Below are positions 40,954 to 50,142 of a stretch of DNA of 64,000 nucleotides, piece after piece (position 1 is the first letter of the stretch; every line of letters begins with the position of its first letter). A program made the translations under genes and the position numbers. This DNA is from Ignavibacteriota bacterium. GTDB taxonomy: Bacteria; Bacteroidota; Ignavibacteria; Kapaibacteriales; UBA2268. Under the pieces are notes generated by a model that made no database searches, was not told where the DNA came from, and worked only from the letters and a program-made list of their open reading frames with translations. The stretch spans positions 37,236-101,235 of the forward strand of contig JAGQWJ010000001.1 in NCBI GenBank assembly GCA_020437395.1, written 5' to 3'.

Positions 40954-42294
40954 TTACTCCTTAGTTGCTAGATGTCCTATTAATCTTCTATATTCGAGAT
41001 CAGATTTCAGATATTCAATTAAATTTGTTAAATATTCTTGTTGTGATTCTCTTAAACTATTGTCTGCTAACAAAATATCAGTTATGTTTGCGAGTCCTTG
41101 CGAATGTAGAGCTAATGTCTGATTGTAAATATTATCAGCTAATTCAATATTTAAAACTGAATTTTTTATTTGCTTAGATGATGTTTGTCTAATCCTAAGT
41201 GCATTTTCTATATCTATTTTATTCTTGTCTCTAATTATCTCTAATTCTAATTCATTATTTTTGAGTTCTAGTGATTTTTGTTCTACTTTTTTTGGTAATA
41301 CTGTACCTGTGAAAATTGGTAAATTAAATTTCAGTCCTACAAATCCAATTGGATAGAAATTTAAAAATTCATTAGGCGATTCATTGTAGCCATATCCAGT
41401 TGTACCATAGTTTCCTATTAACATTAACGAAGGTAGTCTTTCATTTTTCAGATTTGTTATTTCTTGTTTTATCAATTCTGATTTTTTTTCTTTTATCTCA
41501 ATGTTAAGTGGGCTTGTGTTATTTTCATAATCAATCTCCTCTAATTTAATCTCACTTATTATTTCTATCTCTTCGTCATCTTTGCCAATCAAGAATTTCA
41601 GCATATTGATTGCTTGACTTCTCTGATTATCTAACATTTCAATTTTGTTTTCAATCTGTCTTAATTGTAATTCTACTTTGGTAACATCTACGCCAGTTGC
41701 AAGTTTATTATCTTTGAGTAATTCAATCGTACCCAATAATCTCAAGCTATTTTGTAGATTACTATCGAGGTAGAACTTTGTATTTTCTAAAATTTGCAGA
41801 TTATAATAGAGATTAGTAATCTGATATACTAAATCCTCTTCTGATTTTTTATAGAGAATTTTTTTCATTTCAATGCCTTTTTCACTTGCTGAAATACCCC
41901 CGATAATTTGTGCATTGTACAATGGCATTGATAGCAACAGATTAGCATTAATATTATGCGGTACACCAAATTGGACTTCTTTAAACTTACCACTCGGACC
42001 ACCAAAAATACTCATTGGCATTATTTGATATGGTAAATCTGTGAAGTATTTGTATTCAGAATTTAAATCGATTTTTGGAATCAAATTAGAATAAACCTCA
42101 GACTTTTTCTCTTTGCTGATTTCTATTTCATTTCTACTGATTTCTAGACTTTTATTGTGAACAATTGCGGAATCAATACATTTATGCAACGTCCATTGTT
42201 CAGCAACAATTACCTGGGTCTGAAATGTCAATATCAGAATAGTAGCTACAAAAACAAGTTTGTGAACACTTACTAACTTCATAGTTAAACACAT
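40954..42294 (-). CDS. Outer-membrane efflux protein (TolC/OprM family)
   Basis: 446 aa. Signal peptide and the two-repeat coiled-coil pattern of outer-membrane factor (OMF) proteins. Confidence 0.7.
   Translation of the reverse strand: MCLTMKLVSVHKLVFVATILILTFQTQVIVAEQWTLHKCIDSAIVHNKSLEISRNEIEISKEKKSEVYSNLIPKIDLNSEYKYFTDLPYQIMPMSIFGGPSGKFKEVQFGVPHNINANLLLSMPLYNAQIIGGISASEKGIEMKKILYKKSEEDLVYQITNLYYNLQILENTKFYLDSNLQNSLRLLGTIELLKDNKLATGVDVTKVELQLRQIENKIEMLDNQRSQAINMLKFLIGKDDEEIEIISEIKLEEIDYENNTSPLNIEIKEKKSELIKQEITNLKNERLPSLMLIGNYGTTGYGYNESPNEFLNFYPIGFVGLKFNLPIFTGTVLPKKVEQKSLELKNNELELEIIRDKNKIDIENALRIRQTSSKQIKNSVLNIELADNIYNQTLALHSQGLANITDILLADNSLRESQQEYLTNLIEYLKSDLEYRRLIGHLATKE
42258..42279. 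promoter_or_regulatory. Copy 1 of a 22-nt near-palindromic motif GTT[T/A]GTGAACACTTACTAACTT (candidate TetR operator) at the 5' end of the efflux operon
   Basis: Motif repeated with 21 of 22 identity at 44995..45016. Imperfect dyad GTTAGT...ACTAAC. Confidence 0.4.
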
Positions 42295-42518
42295 TTATTA
42301 ATTGAACAATCGTTTCTTATTGTTATTTAAAATCTTTATCAATCTTTGTATCCCAATCTATCTATAAGATGTAAAAAGGGATTTCGTGATTTGTAAAGTC
42401 AAAAAATAAGTTTAGCGGATTACTTATTCTAACTCATACATTTTGTTCTGAGCTCCCAAAAGCACCACTAATAATTTGGAATCATTCGGAAGCCCAGAAT
42501 TAAAGAACACTACTTATT

Positions 42519-43475
42519 TTACTTCTTTTCCATCTCAACTACCCATATACCACGTATTTCATTCAGTCCATAACCAGTTGCTTTGTCATCAGGATACTTC
42601 TCGTTTATCTTCGTCTGTGTTAATTTATCGATGTCTTTTTCTGGTGTACCGTGGCACTGCAAACACATAGCATTTGTCTCGATTGGGTAGTAACTTATTA
42701 TCTTTCCTTTGGATTCTTTGACCGAAGAGCCAAGTTCTTCGCCATTAGCAATTCGCTTGTGTAGTATATTTATAAAATCTAATTCATCTCTATTAGCTTC
42801 GTTCAATGGATTTCTTGGTTTATCACTTACCCTTTTAATACTTACATTATATTCTTTCGCCATACTGTCAGTAAGCGGAAACGCACGTGTGTTGCAAAAT
42901 TCAACTGCATAAGGAGTACCTTTCGCCTTAATTGCACTCATTAAATTCTTCCCTAGAACTGCTTTTGTACCCATTGCATACTCCCTTCCTAACTCTTCGT
43001 AATTTGTAGAGTGTTCATCTGTACTCATTGCCATTTTTCCTGCCTTACCCCATTGTTCTGCTGTCATATCGTTCTCATATAGATACTCAGCAATAATTCT
43101 AATATCATCATCAGGCAAAGGCATTCTGGGCATTAATCCGAAATTACGGATAGCACCTTTCATTTTGGCTTTTTCTTCTGTTGGTTCTTTGAGAAACGAA
43201 GTAACATCTGCGATGAACTCTTCTTTAGTTATACCTTCGCGCATATAGTGTTGGCGAATTTTATATATAGGAGGTCCTGTTCGTGCCTTAAAGTCTATTT
43301 CTCTTTCTGGCGAATGGCAAGTAAAACAAGATGTACTTATTATTCTCAATGCCTTTCTATTTTCATTTTTCTTCGAATCTCTTGTTTCCTGACTTGCATC
43401 TGAATCATCACAAGCTATAATAGTCAGCAAAATAGTTACTATTGAAATAATTGATATTACTAAATTTTTTCTCAT
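42519..43475 (-). CDS. Diheme c-type cytochrome lipoprotein
   Basis: Lipobox IIAC. Two CXXCH heme-binding motifs (CFTCH, CLQCH). Confidence 0.7.
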   Translation of the reverse strand: MRKNLVISIISIVTILLTIIACDDSDASQETRDSKKNENRKALRIISTSCFTCHSPEREIDFKARTGPPIYKIRQHYMREGITKEEFIADVTSFLKEPTEEKAKMKGAIRNFGLMPRMPLPDDDIRIIAEYLYENDMTAEQWGKAGKMAMSTDEHSTNYEELGREYAMGTKAVLGKNLMSAIKAKGTPYAVEFCNTRAFPLTDSMAKEYNVSIKRVSDKPRNPLNEANRDELDFINILHKRIANGEELGSSVKESKGKIISYYPIETNAMCLQCHGTPEKDIDKLTQTKINEKYPDDKATGYGLNEIRGIWVVEMEKK

Positions 43476-43972
43476 TTAAAGTATTCTGAATATTTATTTA
43501 AGGATAATTCTATTTCTTTAACCTTTACTTCTTTTTCATCTGCACTTTTTGCATTGTTCAGACTTTCTACTAATCCTAAAAATGGTTCTAACCAGTAGTG
43601 AAGCTGATTGTGTGATTCTCCTTCCATAGTACACCCTTTTATCAATTCTTTCACATCATTAGTTAAATTAGCTGTTAACTTATTATAATCTTTATTATTC
43701 TTATATAGTCCTAATTCATTCTTCATTTCAGCAATTTTGTCATTAGTGTGTTTGTCCGCTTCCCACTTATCACCATTGTTCAATGATATCCCCATTGATT
43801 CACTATGACCGTGCCCATCGTGACCGCCTTCTGCGTGATTGTGTCCTGAGTGATCATCTGCGTGGCTATGATCTGCGTGCCCGTGAGTCTCATGGTGCCC
43901 ATCGTGACCTTCCTCATTTGAACAGCCAAATAAAAGTAGTCCAGCTGTTATTATTCCAACGATATATTTCAT
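43472..43972 (-). CDS. Histidine-rich periplasmic lipoprotein (putative metal-binding protein/metallochaperone)
   Basis: Lipobox LFGC followed by GHDGHHETHGHADHSHADDHSGHNHAEGGHDGHGHSE (about 15 His in 40 aa). 4-bp overlaps with both neighbours. Confidence 0.6.
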   Translation of the reverse strand: MKYIVGIITAGLLLFGCSNEEGHDGHHETHGHADHSHADDHSGHNHAEGGHDGHGHSESMGISLNNGDKWEADKHTNDKIAEMKNELGLYKNNKDYNKLTANLTNDVKELIKGCTMEGESHNQLHYWLEPFLGLVESLNNAKSADEKEVKVKEIELSLNKYSEYFK

Positions 43973-44358
43973 TTTTTTAAACCTTTTTTATATTTAATAA
44001 AAATTATACTTAATAATATGCCTGTAAAAGTTAACCTGAATATAATTGCTTTGATTGTTTTAACTTCATATATTCCTCCATTAGCAACATAGACCCAGAA
44101 AGAAATTGTGGCAATCAAGAGAACAACAAAAGACACACCCAGATAACGCCAATTCCATTTTTTTCTTAAAATAAAATCTAGAGCTGTAATTATGTACAAA
44201 ATAGCACTAATAAAGTTAGCCCAAACAACAAATCCAACATAATTACCTTCCATCTCCCTAATTTCAAATAAATCAAAAATAATAGAACTACTTAAAAATA
44301 GAGTTAGTAACCCAAGTAGAAGTAAAATTGTTAAAACTATTTTATCTGTTATATTCAT
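43969..44358 (-). CDS. Small integral membrane protein (about 4 TM)
   Basis: Hydrophobic helices. Translationally coupled to the TetR gene and the His-rich protein gene. Confidence 0.4.
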   Translation of the reverse strand: MNITDKIVLTILLLLGLLTLFLSSSIIFDLFEIREMEGNYVGFVVWANFISAILYIITALDFILRKKWNWRYLGVSFVVLLIATISFWVYVANGGIYEVKTIKAIIFRLTFTGILLSIIFIKYKKGLKK

Positions 44359-44939
44359 CTTGAAATCAAAGATATTAGGTTGTCTATTACTCTTTTTCCC
44401 TCTTTTTGAATATCAAAATTCATATTCGATATTCTCCACTTATACATTTGCAAACGGAAAGAACCCATTATAACATGCATTAATTCATCTGGGCTCATTG
44501 TATTTATAAACTCACCGTTCGATTGTCCTTGGGCAACAACTGGGATAACATTTTTCATATTAACTGACATTATTCTCTGTATAGCTTCATTTATTCTCTG
44601 ACTTTCCTCGAACAGCCCATCTGAAAACACGGCAACTACGAAATTTGGATTAGCCTCAAAAAAATCAAGTTGGCTTTGGAAAACATCTTTTAATCGCTGT
44701 ACAGATGATGCTTGACTTTTGCAAATTGTAGATAATCTCATATTCATACTTTCCGAGAGATAATTTAGCATTGCTAAGATAATCTCTTCTTTACTACTAA
44801 AATGTCTATATACAGCACTTTCAGAAAACTCCATTTCTTTCGCAATATTTTTTATGGTCAAACCACTCACGCCGGACTCTGTCAGCAGTTTACCTGCTGC
44901 TTCTATTATTTCTAATTGTCTTTCCGTTATCTTTATCAT
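44355..44939 (-). CDS. TetR/AcrR-family transcriptional regulator
   Basis: N-terminal HTH (LTIKNIAKEMEFSESAVYRHFSSKEEI). About 190 aa. Confidence 0.8.
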   Translation of the reverse strand: MIKITERQLEIIEAAGKLLTESGVSGLTIKNIAKEMEFSESAVYRHFSSKEEIILAMLNYLSESMNMRLSTICKSQASSVQRLKDVFQSQLDFFEANPNFVVAVFSDGLFEESQRINEAIQRIMSVNMKNVIPVVAQGQSNGEFINTMSPDELMHVIMGSFRLQMYKWRISNMNFDIQKEGKRVIDNLISLISR

Positions 44940-44994
44940 TATTTAAATTTGATTATTTTTGAATAAATCTGTTAACACAAGATTTAAAATTTTT

Positions 44995-45016
44995 GTTAGT
45001 GAACACTTACTAACTT
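44995..45016. promoter_or_regulatory. Copy 2 of the 22-nt near-palindromic motif (candidate TetR autoregulatory operator), about 55 bp upstream of the TetR start
   Basis: GTTAGTGAACACTTACTAACTT. Dyad arms GTTAGT/ACTAAC. See 42258..42279. Confidence 0.4.
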
Positions 45017-45070
45017 ACAAAACGAATCTATAAAATCAAAATTGTAAAGTTCAGCATAAATATAACAACC

Positions 45071-45748
45071 TTACATACTAAACCTATTTTTTGACCATTC
45101 CCAGAGATCTTTATTATCTATAACTTCGTATTTCATATTTTCAGAAGGGTATTGTGTTATACTTTTCTCTATTTCATCTTTACTTTTCAGATCAGACAGC
45201 CAATATTTCTCATCTTCTTTGTTCAATATTAATGGCATTCTTTTTCTATGGTTGTGCACATATTCCATTAGCTTGTTTGCCTCTGTAGTGAGCATACTGA
45301 AGGAGTTAATAATTTCACCAGTGCTTTTGTCTGTCCAGTGCTCATAGATACCAGCAAAAGCGAATATCTCTTGATCTGTAGTTGATACAAAATGAGGTAT
45401 TTTTTCTTTGCCTTCGTGTCGCCACTCGAAAAATCCCGTAGCAGGGATTATACAGCGCCTGCTCTTGATAGCACTTCTGTAAGACGGTTTTTCGAATACT
45501 GTTTCCGACCTAGCATTTCCAGTTTTTTTGCTAATATCATCGGCATCTTTACGTGATTTAATCCACGAAGGAACTAGCCCCCAATTATAGTAATTCACCT
45601 TATCGGGCTCTTCCGAAGTTATAACTGGCATACTTGGGTTAGCAAAGGCATTAGCGTGGAATACAGACTCAAACTCTGGAGGATTTGTCACCCCGAACCT
45701 ATTTCCTGTTTTTACTTTATCCGCTATGTAAGCATAATGAAAGCACAT
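45071..45748 (-). CDS. SOS response-associated peptidase (SRAP/YedK/HMCES family, abasic-site DNA-protein crosslink enzyme)
   Basis: Starts with MC (catalytic Cys2). NARSETVFEKPSYRSAIKSRRCIIPATGFFEW, FAFAGIYEHW and HNHRKRMPLIL match SRAP blocks. Confidence 0.75.
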   Translation of the reverse strand: MCFHYAYIADKVKTGNRFGVTNPPEFESVFHANAFANPSMPVITSEEPDKVNYYNWGLVPSWIKSRKDADDISKKTGNARSETVFEKPSYRSAIKSRRCIIPATGFFEWRHEGKEKIPHFVSTTDQEIFAFAGIYEHWTDKSTGEIINSFSMLTTEANKLMEYVHNHRKRMPLILNKEDEKYWLSDLKSKDEIEKSITQYPSENMKYEVIDNKDLWEWSKNRFSM

Positions 45749-45837
45749 AATCTATAGTTTACTTTGTTAGATAATAACACAAATATACAAAATTATGCGA
45801 GAATAGTAATACACTTGAGTTTGTCTAAACTTTCTAA

Positions 45838-45883
45838 AAAAACCACAAAAAAAAGCTACTCTATATAACAAGAGTAGCTTTGT
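45838..45883 (-). terminator. Rho-independent terminator ending the flgB–flgE operon
   Basis: AAAGCTACTC/GAGTAGCTTT 10-bp stem followed by a U-run on the minus strand. Confidence 0.7.
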
Positions 45884-45912
45884 AAATGTTATCTAATACT
45901 TAGCTAATTAGA

Positions 45913-47235
45913 TTATCGCTTCAATTGGTTAATCTCTGCTAACATCTGATCGCCTACTGTTACAGTTCTACTTGCTGCCTCGAAAGCACGCTGAGTAGAA
46001 ATCATCTCAGTAAACTCTATCGTCAAATCAACATTCGATTGCTCTAAGGCACTTCCTGCTATTGAAGAAGATGGAAATGTTTCGCCAGCAGTACCAATAT
46101 TCGGAGTACCCGCATTAGGTGAAGCTTCGAAGAAGTTACCACCAGACGTTATCAAACCTTCAGGATTAGTAAACTTCGAAATTGCAACTTGTGCAATTAC
46201 TTCTGATTGACCGTTAGTAAATGTACCAACTATCTCACCTCTTGGGCTAACTTGCATATTTAGCAATTCGCCTGCTTCATATCCATTTTGCGATTGGATA
46301 GTCGCATTACTAGGAGAAGAGAACTGGGTCAATCCACCGAATGAATTACCATCAGGATCAACAAATAATATTGTAATATCCTTAGGCGTTACTTCATCGA
46401 ACAAATCACCCCCAAGAACAGTGTTCAAATCTGCAGCAGTTACAGTGATTTCTGTTGGTGTATCTATACTACCATCTTCGTTGAAAGTAACAGTCGTATT
46501 ACTTAACGTAACAGCATTACCCTCGATTGAACCTGTTATTGTGTATTCGTTAGGAGTTGCAGTTTTCTCAAAAACTAATGCCATTTCCCTTGGTGCACCA
46601 GTTTTGTCAAATATATTAATCGAAGTAGAGCGAGTTTCTCCAACTTCCATTTGTGCGTTCAAGTTACCATTTAGTGATAGTTCTGTTGTTTGTCTAGGAG
46701 TAGATAGGAAACCCGGTTGAATACGTAGATTAGATAATTTTCTTTCCAATATATTATTACCTTCACTATCTTTTACTGGCTTGCCAGTATTGTCATAGAC
46801 TAAGTTATACCCTTGTAAGTGTGAACCCGAACCAGCATCAACTAAATAGCCGTTGCTATCTCGGACTACAGCTCCAGCTCTCGAATATTTAGTTTGTCCG
46901 TCAGCTTGGTAAATGAAAAATCCATTTCCATTGATAGCCATGTCCAATGCACGACCAGTTACTTCTATTAGACCTTGGTCCATATTTCTTTGGACAGCAC
47001 CGACTTTAACACCTAACCCAAATTGAACTGGGTTAAGACCACCAGTCGTATCACCAGATGAATCTGGCTTTTGCCCTAAAGTAGTTGTTTGGCTGAATTG
47101 GTCAGCAAAAGTTACTCTGTTTGCCTTGAATCCTACTGTACTTGCATTCGCTAAGTTATTGGCAATGATATCAAATTTTTTCTGATGTGCCCTAAGCGAA
47201 CTCGTTCCAGTACTAAGAGATCTTGATAGACCCAT
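45913..47235 (-). CDS. flgE: Flagellar hook protein FlgE
   Basis: N-terminal rod/hook helix (ANNLANASTVGFK) and C-terminal FEMISTQRAFEAASRTVTVGDQML. Confidence 0.85.
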   Translation of the reverse strand: MGLSRSLSTGTSSLRAHQKKFDIIANNLANASTVGFKANRVTFADQFSQTTTLGQKPDSSGDTTGGLNPVQFGLGVKVGAVQRNMDQGLIEVTGRALDMAINGNGFFIYQADGQTKYSRAGAVVRDSNGYLVDAGSGSHLQGYNLVYDNTGKPVKDSEGNNILERKLSNLRIQPGFLSTPRQTTELSLNGNLNAQMEVGETRSTSINIFDKTGAPREMALVFEKTATPNEYTITGSIEGNAVTLSNTTVTFNEDGSIDTPTEITVTAADLNTVLGGDLFDEVTPKDITILFVDPDGNSFGGLTQFSSPSNATIQSQNGYEAGELLNMQVSPRGEIVGTFTNGQSEVIAQVAISKFTNPEGLITSGGNFFEASPNAGTPNIGTAGETFPSSSIAGSALEQSNVDLTIEFTEMISTQRAFEAASRTVTVGDQMLAEINQLKR

Positions 47236-47354
47236 AAAAATTACCCTCCATGGTATTTTATAAGAAATCCTTTCTTATTTATTATGTGCAAAGCTATCTC
47301 TCATTCAAGCTTTGCGAGGGTTCCCCGAGTTAATCGGGTCCGACCCTTGGTTTA

Positions 47355-47744
47355 TTAAATCAATACGGCTGAGTCTATGTTTCCAATGAAATTATTACCC
47401 ATCGTATTCTTATCTAAAACAGTGATAACAGTGTTGTTTTGTACGCTAACTATAAAAGCTTGTTCATCCATAAGAACTAGTGCTTCTTTACTGCCTTTAT
47501 CCTTGGCTGTGCTTATAGCATCGTTCAACTTACCGAGCTGCATTCCGTTTAGCTCTATGTTACGGCTCTCTAGTCTTTCTAATGCATGTCCTGAGAATTT
47601 GACTTTCTGTAGTTCATCCTGAAGTATAGAGTCAAATTTACCTGAATTAGAAACGCCGGGACTATCGAGTTTACCACTGTGTTTTAGAGCATTAGCTCCG
47701 CCGACCGGCATAAACGGAACTCTTATTCCATTTATTTCCGGCAT
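47355..47744 (-). CDS. Uncharacterised flagellar-operon protein between flgD and flgE
   Basis: 129 aa. Position-conserved small ORF, as in Firmicutes and spirochaete fla operons. No catalytic motifs. Confidence 0.4.
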   Translation of the reverse strand: MPEINGIRVPFMPVGGANALKHSGKLDSPGVSNSGKFDSILQDELQKVKFSGHALERLESRNIELNGMQLGKLNDAISTAKDKGSKEALVLMDEQAFIVSVQNNTVITVLDKNTMGNNFIGNIDSAVLI

Positions 47745-47759
47745 AGTTTCCCTACCGTT

Positions 47760-48461
47760 TTATGATTCGGAACGAATATCAGTTACGTCGCTAATCGGAA
47801 TTTCCAATCCATCGACTATCAATACAGTTCCGTTATTTTTGAACCTCACAGCTTCTATTTTACCATAAGTGAAAGTAGATGCTTGCTGTTCACTTCCATT
47901 TGCGTTCTTAAAGTCGATAAAAAATGAATAATTCCCTTCGTCAAGGGTATTACCATTATCGTCCTTTCCGTCCCACCGAATAGTATGTTCTCCAACTCTT
48001 AAGTTATTACCTGAAAGTTCTATAGTCCTTACTATTCTTCCCTTGTCGTCGTATATCGTCGCTTTCGCCTCAGTTGCGTCCATATCCATATCAAATCCAA
48101 GCGAAACGGATTGATCACCATCGTAATTAATATTAGTAGTATATGCTTTCGCATATTTCCCTAACATACCTGGCAATGCTGAATTTGACATCACTCTAGA
48201 TAGAGTCATATTTACTTGTGCTTGCTCTTCCAATAAACCTTTAATATCTGATAGTTGCTCGAGTTGTGAGAATTGCGCCAGCTGTGTTGCAAACTCTTGA
48301 TTGTCATAAGGTTTAAGTGGATTTTGAGCCCTGAGTTGAAATGTAAGCAGTTTTAAAAACTGATCCTTTTGTTCCTGTGCCTCACTTTTTGAAACGGATG
48401 ATGCGGCCGGACCAAAGTTACCTCCCATAGTCGCTATATTTGTTGTTACGTTTTCAAACAT
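47760..48461 (-). CDS. flgD: Flagellar hook assembly/capping protein FlgD
   Basis: KDQFLKLLTFQLRAQNPLKPYDNQEFATQLAQFSQLEQL matches the FlgD N-terminal signature. C-terminal FLgD_ig-like region. Confidence 0.8.
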   Translation of the reverse strand: MFENVTTNIATMGGNFGPAASSVSKSEAQEQKDQFLKLLTFQLRAQNPLKPYDNQEFATQLAQFSQLEQLSDIKGLLEEQAQVNMTLSRVMSNSALPGMLGKYAKAYTTNINYDGDQSVSLGFDMDMDATEAKATIYDDKGRIVRTIELSGNNLRVGEHTIRWDGKDDNGNTLDEGNYSFFIDFKNANGSEQQASTFTYGKIEAVRFKNNGTVLIVDGLEIPISDVTDIRSES

Positions 48462-50097
48462 TTATTCTACTCCCCGCCTGTGTGTAGCTCATTGCTGAAC
48501 TACTGTTACTATATACTGCATCGCCATACGCTATATCAAAATCCTCTTTTGCTGCTAAGTTTTTGAATGATTGTACGAATTGGCGACGTAGTTCTTCTTG
48601 TTCATTTCTGTTCTGATTATTACTATTATTTGCCAAATGATCTGATTCCGAAGATTCTATTATCACTTGCTCTACCTTTAGCCCATTTTCTACTAATCTT
48701 TCTTTTAGTAATGGTAGTTGTCTATCTATATGTTCGGCAGCTTCTGATTTATCTGCCTTTATAAATAACTTTACATTATTTCCAACAAGTGATATCCTCA
48801 TAGTCAAATCACCGAGCGATCGTGGATTCAGCATTATTCTTGCTACGTTTGAACCACCACTTTTAGTCATTTTTATTGTCTTAATGGCATTTTCTACAAA
48901 GTTAGAACGATTTGTAGTTTCTGCCTTAGTTGCCTCTATTTTCTTTGTATTAGTCCTAGTTAATAGCTCCGAGATGTCACTTTTAACTATTCTTTGTTTT
49001 ATTACTTCTTTATTTTGTTCACGAGTAAATTCTTTACCAAATTCGCCAGATTCTTTCTTGGTGTTATCACCTAAACCCTGTTCAGATTTGATTTGATTCT
49101 CTGTGTTGGCTACATACTTCTCATCTACTATTTTACTAGTTGGAGTTGTCTGCTTGTTGTCTAGGTTTGCTGTTATGTTCTTTAATTTTGGCTCAACTAC
49201 TTTACCTTCTATCGATGAATTTAGTTCAGATTTTAGGCTATTTTTTTTTGACTCATTATCTGCATTATTCATTGATAAATTTTGGCTAATATCGTCGCTG
49301 ATTTTAGTGACAACTGAATCTGATTTTAAAAGCGTCGTTTCTTGACTTTGGGTAGTCTTTACAACTTCTTTCGATAGGAGTATATCACTTGCTTTAGCTA
49401 CTATCTTACTCTTAGCATCAGTCTCTTTTCCAGCCATCTCCGTCAAGAACCTGCTTATAGCTTCAACTTTGGGAGTCAATTTACTTTCTTGAGTATTAGC
49501 TCCCGACTGTATATTTTTCTTAATAGTATTGTATTCGTCTATTGTGAGATACTTTCTCAGATTGAATAATAACTTTTCAGAATCATTAGCCAGATTACTA
49601 TTGTCTGCTTCTAAATTTTTATGAATCTTGTATGCTACTTTAGCATTATCCTTATTATCCAATTTATTTGTAAGGTCTTGATTATTATCGAAGTTTTCTT
49701 TTATAATATCAAGTCCACTTTCAGTTGAATTAAGATTAAGTTTCAAATCAGTAAATTTCGAAATAAGCTTAGTTATAGTAGCTTTTATACTATCTAGAGT
49801 CAACTTATGAGGTTTTTCATTAGCTAGTTCTGATTTCAAGCTATTAATAAATTGCTTCAAATCAATACCACTTAGGTACTCATTAGACTCTATTTCGCTA
49901 TTAACAAGTTTGGTTAGTTTATCGCTAGTTTGCGAATCCAAGCTCAAATCACCTGGGTTCATATTAGTGATAAGTACGTTCAGAAAGTTATCCATAAAGT
50001 CGAGTTCTTTCGACTCTTTGGATATTTTGGTTGCCTTTTTCGAAGGCGATACTATATCAGTCCCATTTGCGAATGGGAGCATTAAATTTGTTTCCAT
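48454..50097 (-). CDS. fliK: Flagellar hook-length control protein FliK
   Basis: Low-complexity Gln/Asn/Lys-rich central region. C-terminal Flg_hook domain (ARIMLNPRSLGDLTMRISL..NVKLFI). Confidence 0.7.
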   Translation of the reverse strand: METNLMLPFANGTDIVSPSKKATKISKESKELDFMDNFLNVLITNMNPGDLSLDSQTSDKLTKLVNSEIESNEYLSGIDLKQFINSLKSELANEKPHKLTLDSIKATITKLISKFTDLKLNLNSTESGLDIIKENFDNNQDLTNKLDNKDNAKVAYKIHKNLEADNSNLANDSEKLLFNLRKYLTIDEYNTIKKNIQSGANTQESKLTPKVEAISRFLTEMAGKETDAKSKIVAKASDILLSKEVVKTTQSQETTLLKSDSVVTKISDDISQNLSMNNADNESKKNSLKSELNSSIEGKVVEPKLKNITANLDNKQTTPTSKIVDEKYVANTENQIKSEQGLGDNTKKESGEFGKEFTREQNKEVIKQRIVKSDISELLTRTNTKKIEATKAETTNRSNFVENAIKTIKMTKSGGSNVARIMLNPRSLGDLTMRISLVGNNVKLFIKADKSEAAEHIDRQLPLLKERLVENGLKVEQVIIESSESDHLANNSNNQNRNEQEELRRQFVQSFKNLAAKEDFDIAYGDAVYSNSSSAMSYTQAGSRINV

Positions 50098-50142
50098 TTA
50101 TTTCGGTGCGTCCTTGCACTATTTAATGGTGTAACAATCCTG

